A stretch of DNA of 41,992 nt from Candidatus Pacearchaeota archaeon (lineage in GTDB: Archaea; Nanobdellota; Nanobdellia; Pacearchaeales; GW2011-AR1). Of the stretch, positions 8,556-17,851 are shown one piece after another. Each line of letters begins with the position of its first letter. The stretch's first letter is position 1. The position numbers were made by a program, and so were the translations under genes. The notes under the pieces are model-generated. The model saw only the letters and a list, made by a program, of their open reading frames with translations. It made no database searches and was not told the origin of the DNA. Location of the stretch: contig JAGVWT010000008.1 in assembly GCA_018304175.1 (NCBI GenBank), positions 1 through 41,992 on the forward strand. Reading direction: 5' to 3'.

Positions 8556-9338
8556 ATGAATAAAATAGTTTCACAAACCCACTCGTTTTCCTCGCAAGCT
8601 CGGAAAAAAGGAACACACATAGGATTTGTAATCTCATTTGTAATGTTTGTAACTTTTTTTCTTTTTTTATATTCTTTTTTGATCGGACCAAAAATAGTAT
8701 CAGATGGTAAAAAAAATATTTTAGATGATGTAAAGAAAAAATTAGTTGAAGACCTTTATAGCGAGGAGTTCACAACAATGACCATAATAATAACACCAGC
8801 AACCGGGGGGGGAAATCAAGAATGTATTAAATTAACAGGAGGTGATGCTAAACCAATTTTAGAACAAACAGACATAATTAATATTTTAAAAATAAAAGAC
8901 AGTGAAGACAACATCATAGGGTATAGTATTCAAGGTGGACAGATACTAATTGGGGAAATAGACAATAGATATGAAGGAATTCTGAAAGTGTATTATGGTT
9001 CTTTGGTTTCCCGCTCTCCTGAATATGGGGGAAATCCAAACTGCAAAAATGTAAACGCTGATACCGGCTTGATAAAATCAGACAGCCAAATTTTTGAGTC
9101 AAGAATTATAGAATTGATTGAAAGGTATGAAAGCGACTATGAAGGATTAAAAGAAGAACTTGGAATTCCTTTGGGAACAGAATTCACTTTCAGTTTTGAA
9201 CGTAGCGACGGGGTAGTATTAAGCCCAAGTAGTGAAGAGCCTATAGCAGTAAATATTTATTCAACAGAAATTCCAGTCCAATATGTTAGTGATGATGCAA
9301 CAATTTTATTTGGTAAATTAACTATAAAGGTATGGTAA
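8556..9338 (+). CDS. pilin-like protein (class III signal candidate)
   Basis: RKKG/THIGFVISFVMFVTFFLFL followed by an extracellular domain; TATA at the leaderless position for ATG 8556. Confidence 0.65.
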   Translation: MNKIVSQTHSFSSQARKKGTHIGFVISFVMFVTFFLFLYSFLIGPKIVSDGKKNILDDVKKKLVEDLYSEEFTTMTIIITPATGGGNQECIKLTGGDAKPILEQTDIINILKIKDSEDNIIGYSIQGGQILIGEIDNRYEGILKVYYGSLVSRSPEYGGNPNCKNVNADTGLIKSDSQIFESRIIELIERYESDYEGLKEELGIPLGTEFTFSFERSDGVVLSPSSEEPIAVNIYSTEIPVQYVSDDATILFGKLTIKVW

Positions 9339-9341
9339 ATA

Positions 9342-9773
9342 ATGAAAATTACTAAAAACAAAAAAGGTTGGATAAAAATTGTGGAGGCGTCAACAATGAT
9401 AATCATCCTAACAGGGATGTTTTTGTTAATATTAAGTGGAGATAGAATAAAATTTAGCGATAATTCTGAAGTGATTTACGAAATTGAGAAGGCAATCATA
9501 AGAGAAATTCAGTTGAATAACACCCTTAGAAATACAGTTCTTGAATCTTCGGTTCCGCTTGAATGGGAAAATTTTCCAAGTCAGCTAAAGTCACATATAA
9601 ACCAAAGTGAAATTCTTGACTGCAGTGGAAAAATATGTGTTGTTGAAAGTGAATGTATCTTGACAAATCCTCCAGACAAAAATATTTATGTCCAGTCAGC
9701 AATAATAAGTGCAAACACTGAAATATACAATCCAAGAAAACTGGCTATTTTCTGCTGGGAAAAAGAAGGCTGA
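9342..9773 (+). CDS. pilin-like protein (class III signal candidate)
   Basis: KNKKG/WIKIVEASTMIIILTGMFLLIL; three Cys in the C-terminal half. Confidence 0.7.
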   Translation: MKITKNKKGWIKIVEASTMIIILTGMFLLILSGDRIKFSDNSEVIYEIEKAIIREIQLNNTLRNTVLESSVPLEWENFPSQLKSHINQSEILDCSGKICVVESECILTNPPDKNIYVQSAIISANTEIYNPRKLAIFCWEKEG

Positions 9774-9807
9774 GAAATTTAATAAACTCTATTTCTTTTT
9801 CTCTTTT

Positions 9808-10221
9808 ATGAAGTACAAATTTCTTCCGCATACAGGAGATATAAAATTTCGGGCTTTTGGCTCTACATTGAGGGAAGTTTTTGAGAATTCTGTGCTCGCA
9901 ACAGTAGAAGTTTTAAGTAAAAAAGAAAAAATTAAAACTGTAAAAGTCAAAAAGTCCAAAATTGACGGAAAAGATAATGAAAGTTTACTTTATAATTTAC
10001 TTGAAGAAGTTATCTATTTGCTTGACGCTGAAAATTTTATTGTTTCAAAAGCAAAAATAAAACTCAATGAAACATCTAAACATGCCGATGTTGAGTTTTA
10101 TGGTGATGATTCAAAAAAATACAAAGACCTGGATTCAATAAAAGCTGTGACTTACAATGAAATGTTTGTGAAGAGCCTTGGAAAGAATAAATTGGTTGCG
10201 CAGGTTGTTCTGGATGTTTGA
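9808..10221 (+). CDS. archease
   Basis: YKFLPHTGDIKFRAFG...ESLLYNLLEEVI...IKAVTYNEM...VLDV; directly upstream of rtcB. Confidence 0.93.
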   Translation: MKYKFLPHTGDIKFRAFGSTLREVFENSVLATVEVLSKKEKIKTVKVKKSKIDGKDNESLLYNLLEEVIYLLDAENFIVSKAKIKLNETSKHADVEFYGDDSKKYKDLDSIKAVTYNEMFVKSLGKNKLVAQVVLDV

Positions 10222-10260
10222 GATAGGTAATTTAATAAATCTTTGAAAGTTCTTTTTTTT

Positions 10261-11676
10261 ATGGAACTAAAAAAGATATCTAAGAACATTTATGAAATCC
10301 CAAAGCAAGGAAACATGAATGTTCCTGCAAGGATTTTTGCGTCGGAAAAACTTATTGAGTCAATCAAGCAAGATAAAACACTTCAACAAGCCATAAATGT
10401 CGCTCAACTTCCCGGAGTGTTAAATGCATCTTTTGCACTGAGCGACGCCCATCAAGGTTATGGTTTTCCAATCGGAGGAGTTGCTGCATTTGACATGGAA
10501 AAAGGAATAATCTCTCCAGGAGGAGTTGGTTATGACATAAACTGCGGAGTTCGTTTATTAAAAACAAACCTTACAAAAAAAGACATTCTTGAAAATCAGG
10601 ATAAAATTGCAGACGCGATGTTCAGGAAAATACCTTCTGGAATTGGAAGAGGAAGCAAGTTTCAATTAACAAAAGATGAATTGAAAAAAATTTTGGAAGG
10701 TGGCTCTAAATATATGGTTAAAAAAGGATATGGAATAGAAAGTGATTATCTTCATACAGAGGAAGAAGGTTGTATGAAAAACGCAAATTCAAGCAATGTT
10801 TCAGAAAGAGCAATGAAAAGAGGTATAGGGCAATTAGGAACTCTTGGCTCTGGAAATCATTTTTTAGAAGTGCAGTATGTTGATGAAATTTTCGACGAGG
10901 AAAAAGCAAAAAGATTTGGATTGAAAAAGAACCAAATTACAATTTTAATTCACTGTGGAAGCAGAGGTTTAGGGCACCAAGTAGCAAGCGATTACATAAA
11001 AAAAATGGAAGAAAAATATGGAATAAAAAATCTGCCTGACAGAGAACTCGTGAATGCACCAATAAAAAGTCAGCTCGGAAAGGATTACATTTCAGCGATG
11101 TCTGCTGCGATGAATTTTGCATTCGCGAACAGACAACTTATAACTCATTGGGTAAGAGAGGAATTAAAATATTTTTTTCCAAAATCAAAAATCGAAGTCG
11201 TTTATGATGTCTGTCATAACATCGCAAAGTTTGAAGAATATATTATAGATGGAAAAAAGAAAATTGTTTGTGTTCATAGAAAAGGAGCCACAAGAAGTTT
11301 TGGAAAAGGAAGAAAAGAAATTCCTCTTGCCTACAGGGAAATTGGACAGCCAGTAATAATTCCAGGGAGCATGGGAACTTCATCTTATGTTTTGATTGGT
11401 ACAAAAAAAGCAGAAGAAATTAGTTTTGGTTCCACAGTTCATGGAGCAGGAAGAATAAAAAGCAGAGCAAGTGCATTAAAAATTTTGAATTCAGAAGAAA
11501 TTGGGAAAAAACTTGAAAGCAGAGGAATAAAAATAAGGACAGGAAGCATGAAATCCCTGTCAGAAGAGGCGCCTGAAGTTTACAAGGACGTCGACGAAGT
11601 TGTGAAAGTTGTTGATGAATTGGGAATAAGCAAAAAGGTTGCAAAACTAAAACCATTAATTGTTGTTAAAGGTTAA
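10261..11676 (+). CDS. rtcB: RNA ligase RtcB
   Basis: DAHQGYGFPIGG, VGYDINCG, GTLGSGNHF, HCGSRG, HRKGAT, HGAGR, EEAPEVYKD. Confidence 0.97.
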   Translation: MELKKISKNIYEIPKQGNMNVPARIFASEKLIESIKQDKTLQQAINVAQLPGVLNASFALSDAHQGYGFPIGGVAAFDMEKGIISPGGVGYDINCGVRLLKTNLTKKDILENQDKIADAMFRKIPSGIGRGSKFQLTKDELKKILEGGSKYMVKKGYGIESDYLHTEEEGCMKNANSSNVSERAMKRGIGQLGTLGSGNHFLEVQYVDEIFDEEKAKRFGLKKNQITILIHCGSRGLGHQVASDYIKKMEEKYGIKNLPDRELVNAPIKSQLGKDYISAMSAAMNFAFANRQLITHWVREELKYFFPKSKIEVVYDVCHNIAKFEEYIIDGKKKIVCVHRKGATRSFGKGRKEIPLAYREIGQPVIIPGSMGTSSYVLIGTKKAEEISFGSTVHGAGRIKSRASALKILNSEEIGKKLESRGIKIRTGSMKSLSEEAPEVYKDVDEVVKVVDELGISKKVAKLKPLIVVKG

Positions 11677-11746
11677 TACCTATGATAGTTTGAGGTTTTG
11701 TTTAGAAAGTGATTATTTCATTGACTTATTAAACATAAATATAATT

Positions 11747-11858
11747 GCTTCGCTGTCGCTCAGATACCTATTACATAATTAACATTAAAAAAATTTATTG
11801 TATTGAACACAATTTCTTGCATTAACAGTTTACATCAAACTTCGAGCGACTTCGAAGC
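11747..11858. repeat. 15-bp imperfect inverted repeat flanking an AT-rich core
   Basis: GCTTCGCTGTCGCTC (11747-11761) versus GAGCGACTTCGAAGC (11844-11858): 13/15 complementary. The right arm also folds as CTTCGA-6nt-TCGAAG. Confidence 0.5.
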
Positions 11859-12008
11859 GAGAGTTTTTTACAGAAAGCAGTTACGATAGCGTCTGTGTGA
11901 GTAAGGAATTTACGTGCCAACAGTGGTTTTTAGAAAACAAACTCGTCGGAAGGCTATTATATTTAAATTTTCAACAATATTTAAAAACTGTTTTTCATAA
12001 TATATAAC

Positions 12009-13667
12009 ATGAAAAAACAGGTGATTTTGGTTTCAGTTTTTGCGTTTTTGCTTGCCTTGTCAATGTCATTAATTTTTGCTCAAGACGCAACATGTTATGT
12101 TGCTGAAAGGAGTTTCTGTCAATCGCAAAGTGATACTGTTATTGCCGCTTTGTCTGATGTGACAAATGCCCATGGAGAAACAGCGAGCTCTGGAAATTAC
12201 GATAATGTTCTTTGCTGTACCTTCTCCGGAAGTTTGACATGTAACAACAATAAAATTTTAGGCCTTTCATCAACGACGAACGCTCATGCTGAAATTCCAA
12301 CGCAGATAAATTATGCGACGCATGTTTGTTATTCTGATTTAAGTTGTATAAGCACTTCGTACGCATGCGGAAGCGAACAAGTTCCTGACTACCCTATAAA
12401 AACACTTTCCCTTTCCTCAGCAACAAATGCCCATATTGGTGTTCCAGGAAGCGGTAGTGTGAATATATGCTGTACTTCTGAAACCCTTTATCCTGATTTA
12501 CCTTTGCCAAATTGCGGTGATGGGAATTTGCAATTGGGAGAATCTTGTGATTCTGGATTAGCTGATCCTTTTAGTGGATCATCATGCGGTGATTTTGATG
12601 CATTCACTGGAGGAAATTTGTTGTGTAACAGCTTATGTCAAATAGATACAATCCAATGTACGCCTTCAAATCCAGGAGTTTGTGGAGACGGAGAAGTTAA
12701 CAACGGAGAGACATGCGACGGAGCAGAACTTAATGATTTAACATGCAACGACCTTGGTTTTCCAGGAGGAAGTTTGTCATGTGTTAATTGTCAACTAGAC
12801 ACAAATCAGTGTACTCCTGGCGCACCTTCAACTAATGTATTTTGGTCAAGTGATGGAATCAGCCAGATTAGTAATATAGAAGTTTTTGTAGGTTTCACAA
12901 AAGTAAAACTTGTTATCAAAAATTTAGGGTTATCTCAAGGAACTGTTATAGAATTTGATATATATGAAGACGATGTGATTCTTGATGATTCAATAAGAAC
13001 AGTAACTGCAGTACTTGATTCGCAAGGAACTGCAATAGCGAATTGGACAATAACTCAATCTGATTTGGACAAAACTTTAGATGATTATGCACAATTTTAT
13101 TTTATTGCAGAAGGCGAGAAAAGCAACTATTTAGAGATGGATGTCCAAGATGATGATTTAAGTGATGTAATAATATGCAACGACTACAATGACGAAACTT
13201 TATGTGAAGAAGATCCTGTAGGAGTAGCAAAAAATAGCGTTCCAACAGTTATTGATTGTTCTGATCCTGAGATTCAATGTACATGTATGTGGGATGAAGA
13301 CAGTGATTCATGTGCCGGAACTTTCACAGACGGAATTTTTGACGAGTTTGGAAATTATTCAAAATACGGAACATGTTTGATTTCAGAGCAGGAAAGTGAC
13401 CCAAACGAATGCGACGATGGAATATTAATACTAACATGGGACGGAGTATGGACATGGGCTAGCGGAAATCCTGAGCATAAAGATCCAAAAGGGCTTGCAT
13501 TAATTTGTGAGGCAGGAGGAACAAGAAGCATTGAGTGTCCTGCACAAATACAGCTTCCGTTCTTCGGAATATACAATATTATTGTTGCAGTAATTATAAT
13601 AATACTTATTTATTTTATTTTATCAAGTAAAAAGGTAAAAAGAGAATTAAGAAAATTTATAAAATAA
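12009..13667 (+). CDS. Cys-rich secreted, C-terminally anchored surface protein (3 NAH repeats plus 2 CGDG...CD repeats)
   Basis: Signal peptide; LSxxTNAH three times; CGDGNLQLGESCD and CGDGEVNNGETCD (Myxococcus Cys-rich/DUF4215-like); LPFFG then TM then basic tail. Confidence 0.75.
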   Translation: MKKQVILVSVFAFLLALSMSLIFAQDATCYVAERSFCQSQSDTVIAALSDVTNAHGETASSGNYDNVLCCTFSGSLTCNNNKILGLSSTTNAHAEIPTQINYATHVCYSDLSCISTSYACGSEQVPDYPIKTLSLSSATNAHIGVPGSGSVNICCTSETLYPDLPLPNCGDGNLQLGESCDSGLADPFSGSSCGDFDAFTGGNLLCNSLCQIDTIQCTPSNPGVCGDGEVNNGETCDGAELNDLTCNDLGFPGGSLSCVNCQLDTNQCTPGAPSTNVFWSSDGISQISNIEVFVGFTKVKLVIKNLGLSQGTVIEFDIYEDDVILDDSIRTVTAVLDSQGTAIANWTITQSDLDKTLDDYAQFYFIAEGEKSNYLEMDVQDDDLSDVIICNDYNDETLCEEDPVGVAKNSVPTVIDCSDPEIQCTCMWDEDSDSCAGTFTDGIFDEFGNYSKYGTCLISEQESDPNECDDGILILTWDGVWTWASGNPEHKDPKGLALICEAGGTRSIECPAQIQLPFFGIYNIIVAVIIIILIYFILSSKKVKRELRKFIK

Positions 13668-13684
13668 GATTCCTATTTGTTTCT

Positions 13685-16267
13685 ATGAAAAAGGTGGTTA
13701 GTTTTTTTTTAATTTTTCTGGCGATAAGCCTCGTGTCTGCTTTTGAAATCGGAAATAAATCTCATAAAATAGAAATAGAATATGCTTCAATGGATTTCAT
13801 AAAAGGGTGGATAAACATCAGCCTTAGTAATGATTTAGGGGATTCTTTGTTTACAGACTCAAAAGGAAATTCGATAAAGTTAATTGACTTGCTCAAACTT
13901 AACAATGTAGATTATAGTTGCTCGCCATCAGATTGTAAAAAGTATTATTCTTCATCAGGAAGTGGGGTGACTCAAAAAACATTTACATTAAATAAAAACG
14001 AAGAAAAGATAATTGGAATAAAATTAACAGGGAATAATTTCCAGTCAGTTTCTGGTTTCAAGATGAATGTTTCAAGCACAGCGCTTGAGACAGAATCAAC
14101 CCAATTGTATATAGATATTTTAAACGATGGGAAAAACGAATGGGTTTCAAACAAACCTTCAAATAATTTCTACGGAGAAAGTTATGGTTGTTACGCAAAC
14201 CCTGAAGAAGAAGTTTTCATATACAACCAAGATTATTGCCAGAAAATAGAATTGCCTCCTGCACCAAATGTTGAAATAGGAGCACGTGTTATATCAGCAA
14301 CTGGGGGCAATGTTAATTTTGAGATGAATGTCTGCAGCCAGGACTTTACAAGTTGCGGTTCTTGCGAGGTTTCTGCTACTACAACCGGAAAAATTTCCTG
14401 CATTGCTGACTTCCCTATATTTAACAAAACAAATTATTATGTCTGCATAACAACATTAAATTCAGCAGATAACAACAAATACAAAATAAATTCCGAAATT
14501 CAAAACGCATGTGGTTACGCAGGAAGTGTCGAAAACTCAAGAGACTTTGAGATTTTTGCAAAACCAGGGAGCTATGCTTCAATAGGAACATTTACATTAA
14601 ACAACGATGCAATTCAGGAATCCGGGAGCAATGTTGTTAGTCTAGAAGACTATGTTAGAGCATACATCGGCAAATTCAATAATGACTGTTCAACAGAGTG
14701 TGTTGTTCCAATAAAATTCCTTTCAGGGGAAAACCAGCAGATAACCCTTTCAAGTGTTAGTGCTTTTTACACTTCAAGTGGCACACCAAAAGAAACTATC
14801 CATGTTTATGATGTAACAGAAACTCAGCCAAAAATAAGTTCCAACTTTAAAAAAATAAATCTCGATAAAGCTAACATAAAAATTTCGGGGGTGTTTGATG
14901 AAGAAATAAACTATACTTTTAATTTCAAAAACTCAGAAGTATTTTCAGAAGAAATTTTAATTAAGAAAATACCGCAGATAAAATCATTAAATCCAAAAGT
15001 AGCTATCGCAGCTTATCCTACTGATTTTACAGTCGAGATGGAGGATAATACATCAAATGTCTTGGAATATACTTGGAATTTTGGAGACAATAGTTTAGTA
15101 AAAAAAACATCGGCTAATACAATAACCCACACATATAGCTCTATAGGAGAATTTAAACTAAACGTTACTGCAACAGACACTGGCTTTTCAAGTTCAACAA
15201 GAACGTTTGACATATCTATCAAAACACCTAAAGACGCAATAGAATTTGTGTTAAATGACAAACAAAATAATTTAGATAATGTGAATTTGCAGATAAGCAC
15301 TTTGCCTACTTTCCAAAAAAACTCTGTCAGAACAGCCTTGAATATGGATAGTATAGAAAGTCAAATGGCCTTAATACAACAAAGAAATAATCTTGCAACC
15401 ACTGATGCAGAATATGTAAGTATAATGACTGACCTTATAAAAATCAAAGTTCCTATAGAAGTATTTGAAAGCATAAAAACAGGAATGATTTCATTTTTCC
15501 CAGATTCAGATAATATAGACGTTGAAATTCTAAGCAAAATAACTGGAGAGGATCATATGGGAAACTCTTATTTTGATTCAATTGTCTTATGGAATTTGAA
15601 TAATGTAAATACAAAAATTTCCTTTAGCAGAATTTCAGCTAACTATGAAGATTTCACTGGAAGCGTAATAAATGTTTTCAGGATTGAAGTTGATGAAAAT
15701 TTGGGAAGGGAAAATTCTTACCTAATAATCAAGAATGTTGATAATCTTTTATTTAGTCAAAGTTACAATCAAAAAGAAGTTGATGATTATTCATATATAG
15801 AACTTTCCCAAAATGCTAAAACAATTGAGTTTTCAACAAGCGAAGAGCTTGATTTTGAGACGCTTCCTGTTTTTATTTCTCCAAAATTATCTTATTTGCC
15901 ATTGACTAGTGTTGAAGTTTCAGATAGGGAAGACCAACTTTCAAGACAGACGATTTTTATTCTTTCTATTTTACTTGCGTTGTTTATAGGAGCTATTTCA
16001 TACATTGCTTTGCAACAATGGTATAAAAGAAAATATGAAAGTTATTTGTTCAAAAACAGGAATGACTTATACAATTTGATTTCATATATACAAACAAGCA
16101 TGAAAAAAGGTGTCCCAAAAAAGACAGTTAGGTCAAGATTAATCAGATCCGGCTGGACAACAGAACAAGTTAATTATGTTATGAAAAAATATTCTGGGGA
16201 AAGAACAGGAATGCTCGAGCTTCCTATTGAAAGTTTTATGAGTGGATTCAAAAAAAAGCAGGTTTAG
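13685..16267 (+). CDS. large PKD-domain surface protein with C-terminal TM and cytoplasmic helical domain
   Basis: Signal peptide; PKD motif YTWNFGD...ITHTYSSIGEFKLNVTATD; TM near residue 760. Confidence 0.8.
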   Translation: MKKVVSFFLIFLAISLVSAFEIGNKSHKIEIEYASMDFIKGWINISLSNDLGDSLFTDSKGNSIKLIDLLKLNNVDYSCSPSDCKKYYSSSGSGVTQKTFTLNKNEEKIIGIKLTGNNFQSVSGFKMNVSSTALETESTQLYIDILNDGKNEWVSNKPSNNFYGESYGCYANPEEEVFIYNQDYCQKIELPPAPNVEIGARVISATGGNVNFEMNVCSQDFTSCGSCEVSATTTGKISCIADFPIFNKTNYYVCITTLNSADNNKYKINSEIQNACGYAGSVENSRDFEIFAKPGSYASIGTFTLNNDAIQESGSNVVSLEDYVRAYIGKFNNDCSTECVVPIKFLSGENQQITLSSVSAFYTSSGTPKETIHVYDVTETQPKISSNFKKINLDKANIKISGVFDEEINYTFNFKNSEVFSEEILIKKIPQIKSLNPKVAIAAYPTDFTVEMEDNTSNVLEYTWNFGDNSLVKKTSANTITHTYSSIGEFKLNVTATDTGFSSSTRTFDISIKTPKDAIEFVLNDKQNNLDNVNLQISTLPTFQKNSVRTALNMDSIESQMALIQQRNNLATTDAEYVSIMTDLIKIKVPIEVFESIKTGMISFFPDSDNIDVEILSKITGEDHMGNSYFDSIVLWNLNNVNTKISFSRISANYEDFTGSVINVFRIEVDENLGRENSYLIIKNVDNLLFSQSYNQKEVDDYSYIELSQNAKTIEFSTSEELDFETLPVFISPKLSYLPLTSVEVSDREDQLSRQTIFILSILLALFIGAISYIALQQWYKRKYESYLFKNRNDLYNLISYIQTSMKKGVPKKTVRSRLIRSGWTTEQVNYVMKKYSGERTGMLELPIESFMSGFKKKQV

Positions 16268-16333
16268 AACATTAATATTTATAAACTTCTAGAACTGTTT
16301 AATAAAATAAACTAAAGAGGGTTAAAAAATTAA

Positions 16334-16966
16334 ATGAGTGGAATAAAAAGTTTTTTCAACGGAATTTTTAGTATTTTTAAGAGCAAGAAAGACATAAAGC
16401 TAGGATTTTACGGCCCGCCAAATGCCGGAAAGACAAGCCTTGCGAACAGAATTTGCAAAGATTTTACAGGAGAGGAAATTGGAAAAGTAAGTAAAATCCC
16501 CCATGAAACAAGAAGTGTTCAGTTCAAGGAAAAAGTTGAAATAAGTTACAAAGGAAAAAAAATGGTTTTCAAAATGATTGACACTCCTGGAATAGCAACT
16601 AAAATAGATTATGAAGAATTCTTAAAATATAAAGTGAAAAAGAACGAAGCAAAAAAAAGAGCCAAGGAAGCAACACAAGGAGTCATTGAATCAATAAAAT
16701 GGCTTGATGATATGGATGTTGTTGTGGTTGTCCTTGATGCAACGGAAAATCCATACAATCAAGTAAACATAACTATAATAGGAAATTTAGCCGCAAGAAA
16801 AATACCTGTTCTTATTGTCGCAAACAAAATTGACAAAAGGAAAGCTGATCTAAAAAAAGTCCAGGCCGCTTTTCCAGAGTATGATGTTATAGGAACAAGC
16901 GCACGCTACGGAAAAAACCTTGACAAGTTTTATGAATCAATATTTAAATTAACAAAAAAGATTTAA
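16334..16966 (+). CDS. oapA: Era-like small GTPase, OapA family
   Basis: G1 GPPNAGKTS, G3 DTPG, G4 NKID; clustered with OapB- and OapC-like genes. Confidence 0.8.
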   Translation: MSGIKSFFNGIFSIFKSKKDIKLGFYGPPNAGKTSLANRICKDFTGEEIGKVSKIPHETRSVQFKEKVEISYKGKKMVFKMIDTPGIATKIDYEEFLKYKVKKNEAKKRAKEATQGVIESIKWLDDMDVVVVVLDATENPYNQVNITIIGNLAARKIPVLIVANKIDKRKADLKKVQAAFPEYDVIGTSARYGKNLDKFYESIFKLTKKI

Positions 16967-16973
16967 ATGTAAA

Positions 16974-17372
16974 ATGAAAAAAAGGGTTAAAAAAATAAAA
17001 GGATTTTCAATTTATTTCATGCCTTATTCAGAAATAAGAAACTTAGACAGCGAGGGCAGGATGAAAAAAATTCTTGACATTATCTTTGGGAATAATATAC
17101 TAATTTTGCAAGGAAGGTTAAGGCTAGATGAAGAAACAAGGCTTATAGGTGACACCATGGCAATGATAGGACATGTAAAAAACTTCAGGGGAATTGAGCT
17201 GGCTGTAATTTCTGGAAACGGAAGAGAGAACTTGTTGGGAAAGATAAGAAATAATGTTGCAAGCACTTTATTTGGAGGAGATATTGGTGCAATAACAATA
17301 ATAGGTCCTGCAACAATTGTCAAAGAAATAAAGAGAAATCCTAAAAAAATCGAGCTGTTTTTGAATAAGTAA
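16974..17372 (+). CDS. oapB: OapB/DUF2073 family protein
   Basis: KKILD...ILILQGRL...EETRLI..TM...FRGIEL...ITIIGPA; follows the GTPase. Confidence 0.75.
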   Translation: MKKRVKKIKGFSIYFMPYSEIRNLDSEGRMKKILDIIFGNNILILQGRLRLDEETRLIGDTMAMIGHVKNFRGIELAVISGNGRENLLGKIRNNVASTLFGGDIGAITIIGPATIVKEIKRNPKKIELFLNK

Positions 17373-17414
17373 TAAAAATAATATAAATTCTTTTAAACTA
17401 AACCAATATCTTGA

Positions 17415-17726
17415 ATTTATGAAAGCGAGTTCTGTGGGTTTGGAAACATATGTAAAAATAAGCCAAGACATATAAAATTTAGGGATAATTTTGGAACTCC
17501 CAATAGAGATATTCCCTTCAGCATCAAGTATGTTGATTCACAAAAAGCACTGTTAGAAGTTAAACAAATACCAAACGGCAACTATTTTGAGTATTCTGAT
17601 GAAGTAAATTTCTTTATTAGTAGGGAATTTTACCAGACAATCATATATGATGGAATATATGGAGAAAGATTCTTCACTGCTGGCAAATTAGTATTAGCTA
17701 TAGATGGAAAAGATGTAAGTTGGTGA
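17415..17726 (+). pseudogene. start-less 103-codon open frame (remnant or frameshifted orphan gene)
   Basis: Frame is open between TGA(17412-14) and TGA(17724-26) with no ATG/GTG/TTG. An out-of-frame ATG at 17419 opens an 18-codon ORF. Confidence 0.4.
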
Positions 17727-17851
17727 TTTTTGTATACAAATATAACTCAAAATAACACGGAAAAAATTAAATAAGCCTTTTTCTTTTAGAATACATGCCA
17801 ATGTCATCCTTTGATTTGGCATTGATAAATTAAAAATTCACAAATCAAAAA

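Noticed and set aside
2952-9773. Archaellum (motility) locus
   Set aside because: No arlH/arlF/arlG-like genes, two separate TadC-type genes and short pilins; this fits an adhesive type IV pilus.
16268-17851. Replication origin near oap genes
   Set aside because: No ORB-like boxes or cdc6 seen by eye; the only repeat is a weak 7-bp one (ATGCCAA/TTGGCAT at 17795-17822).
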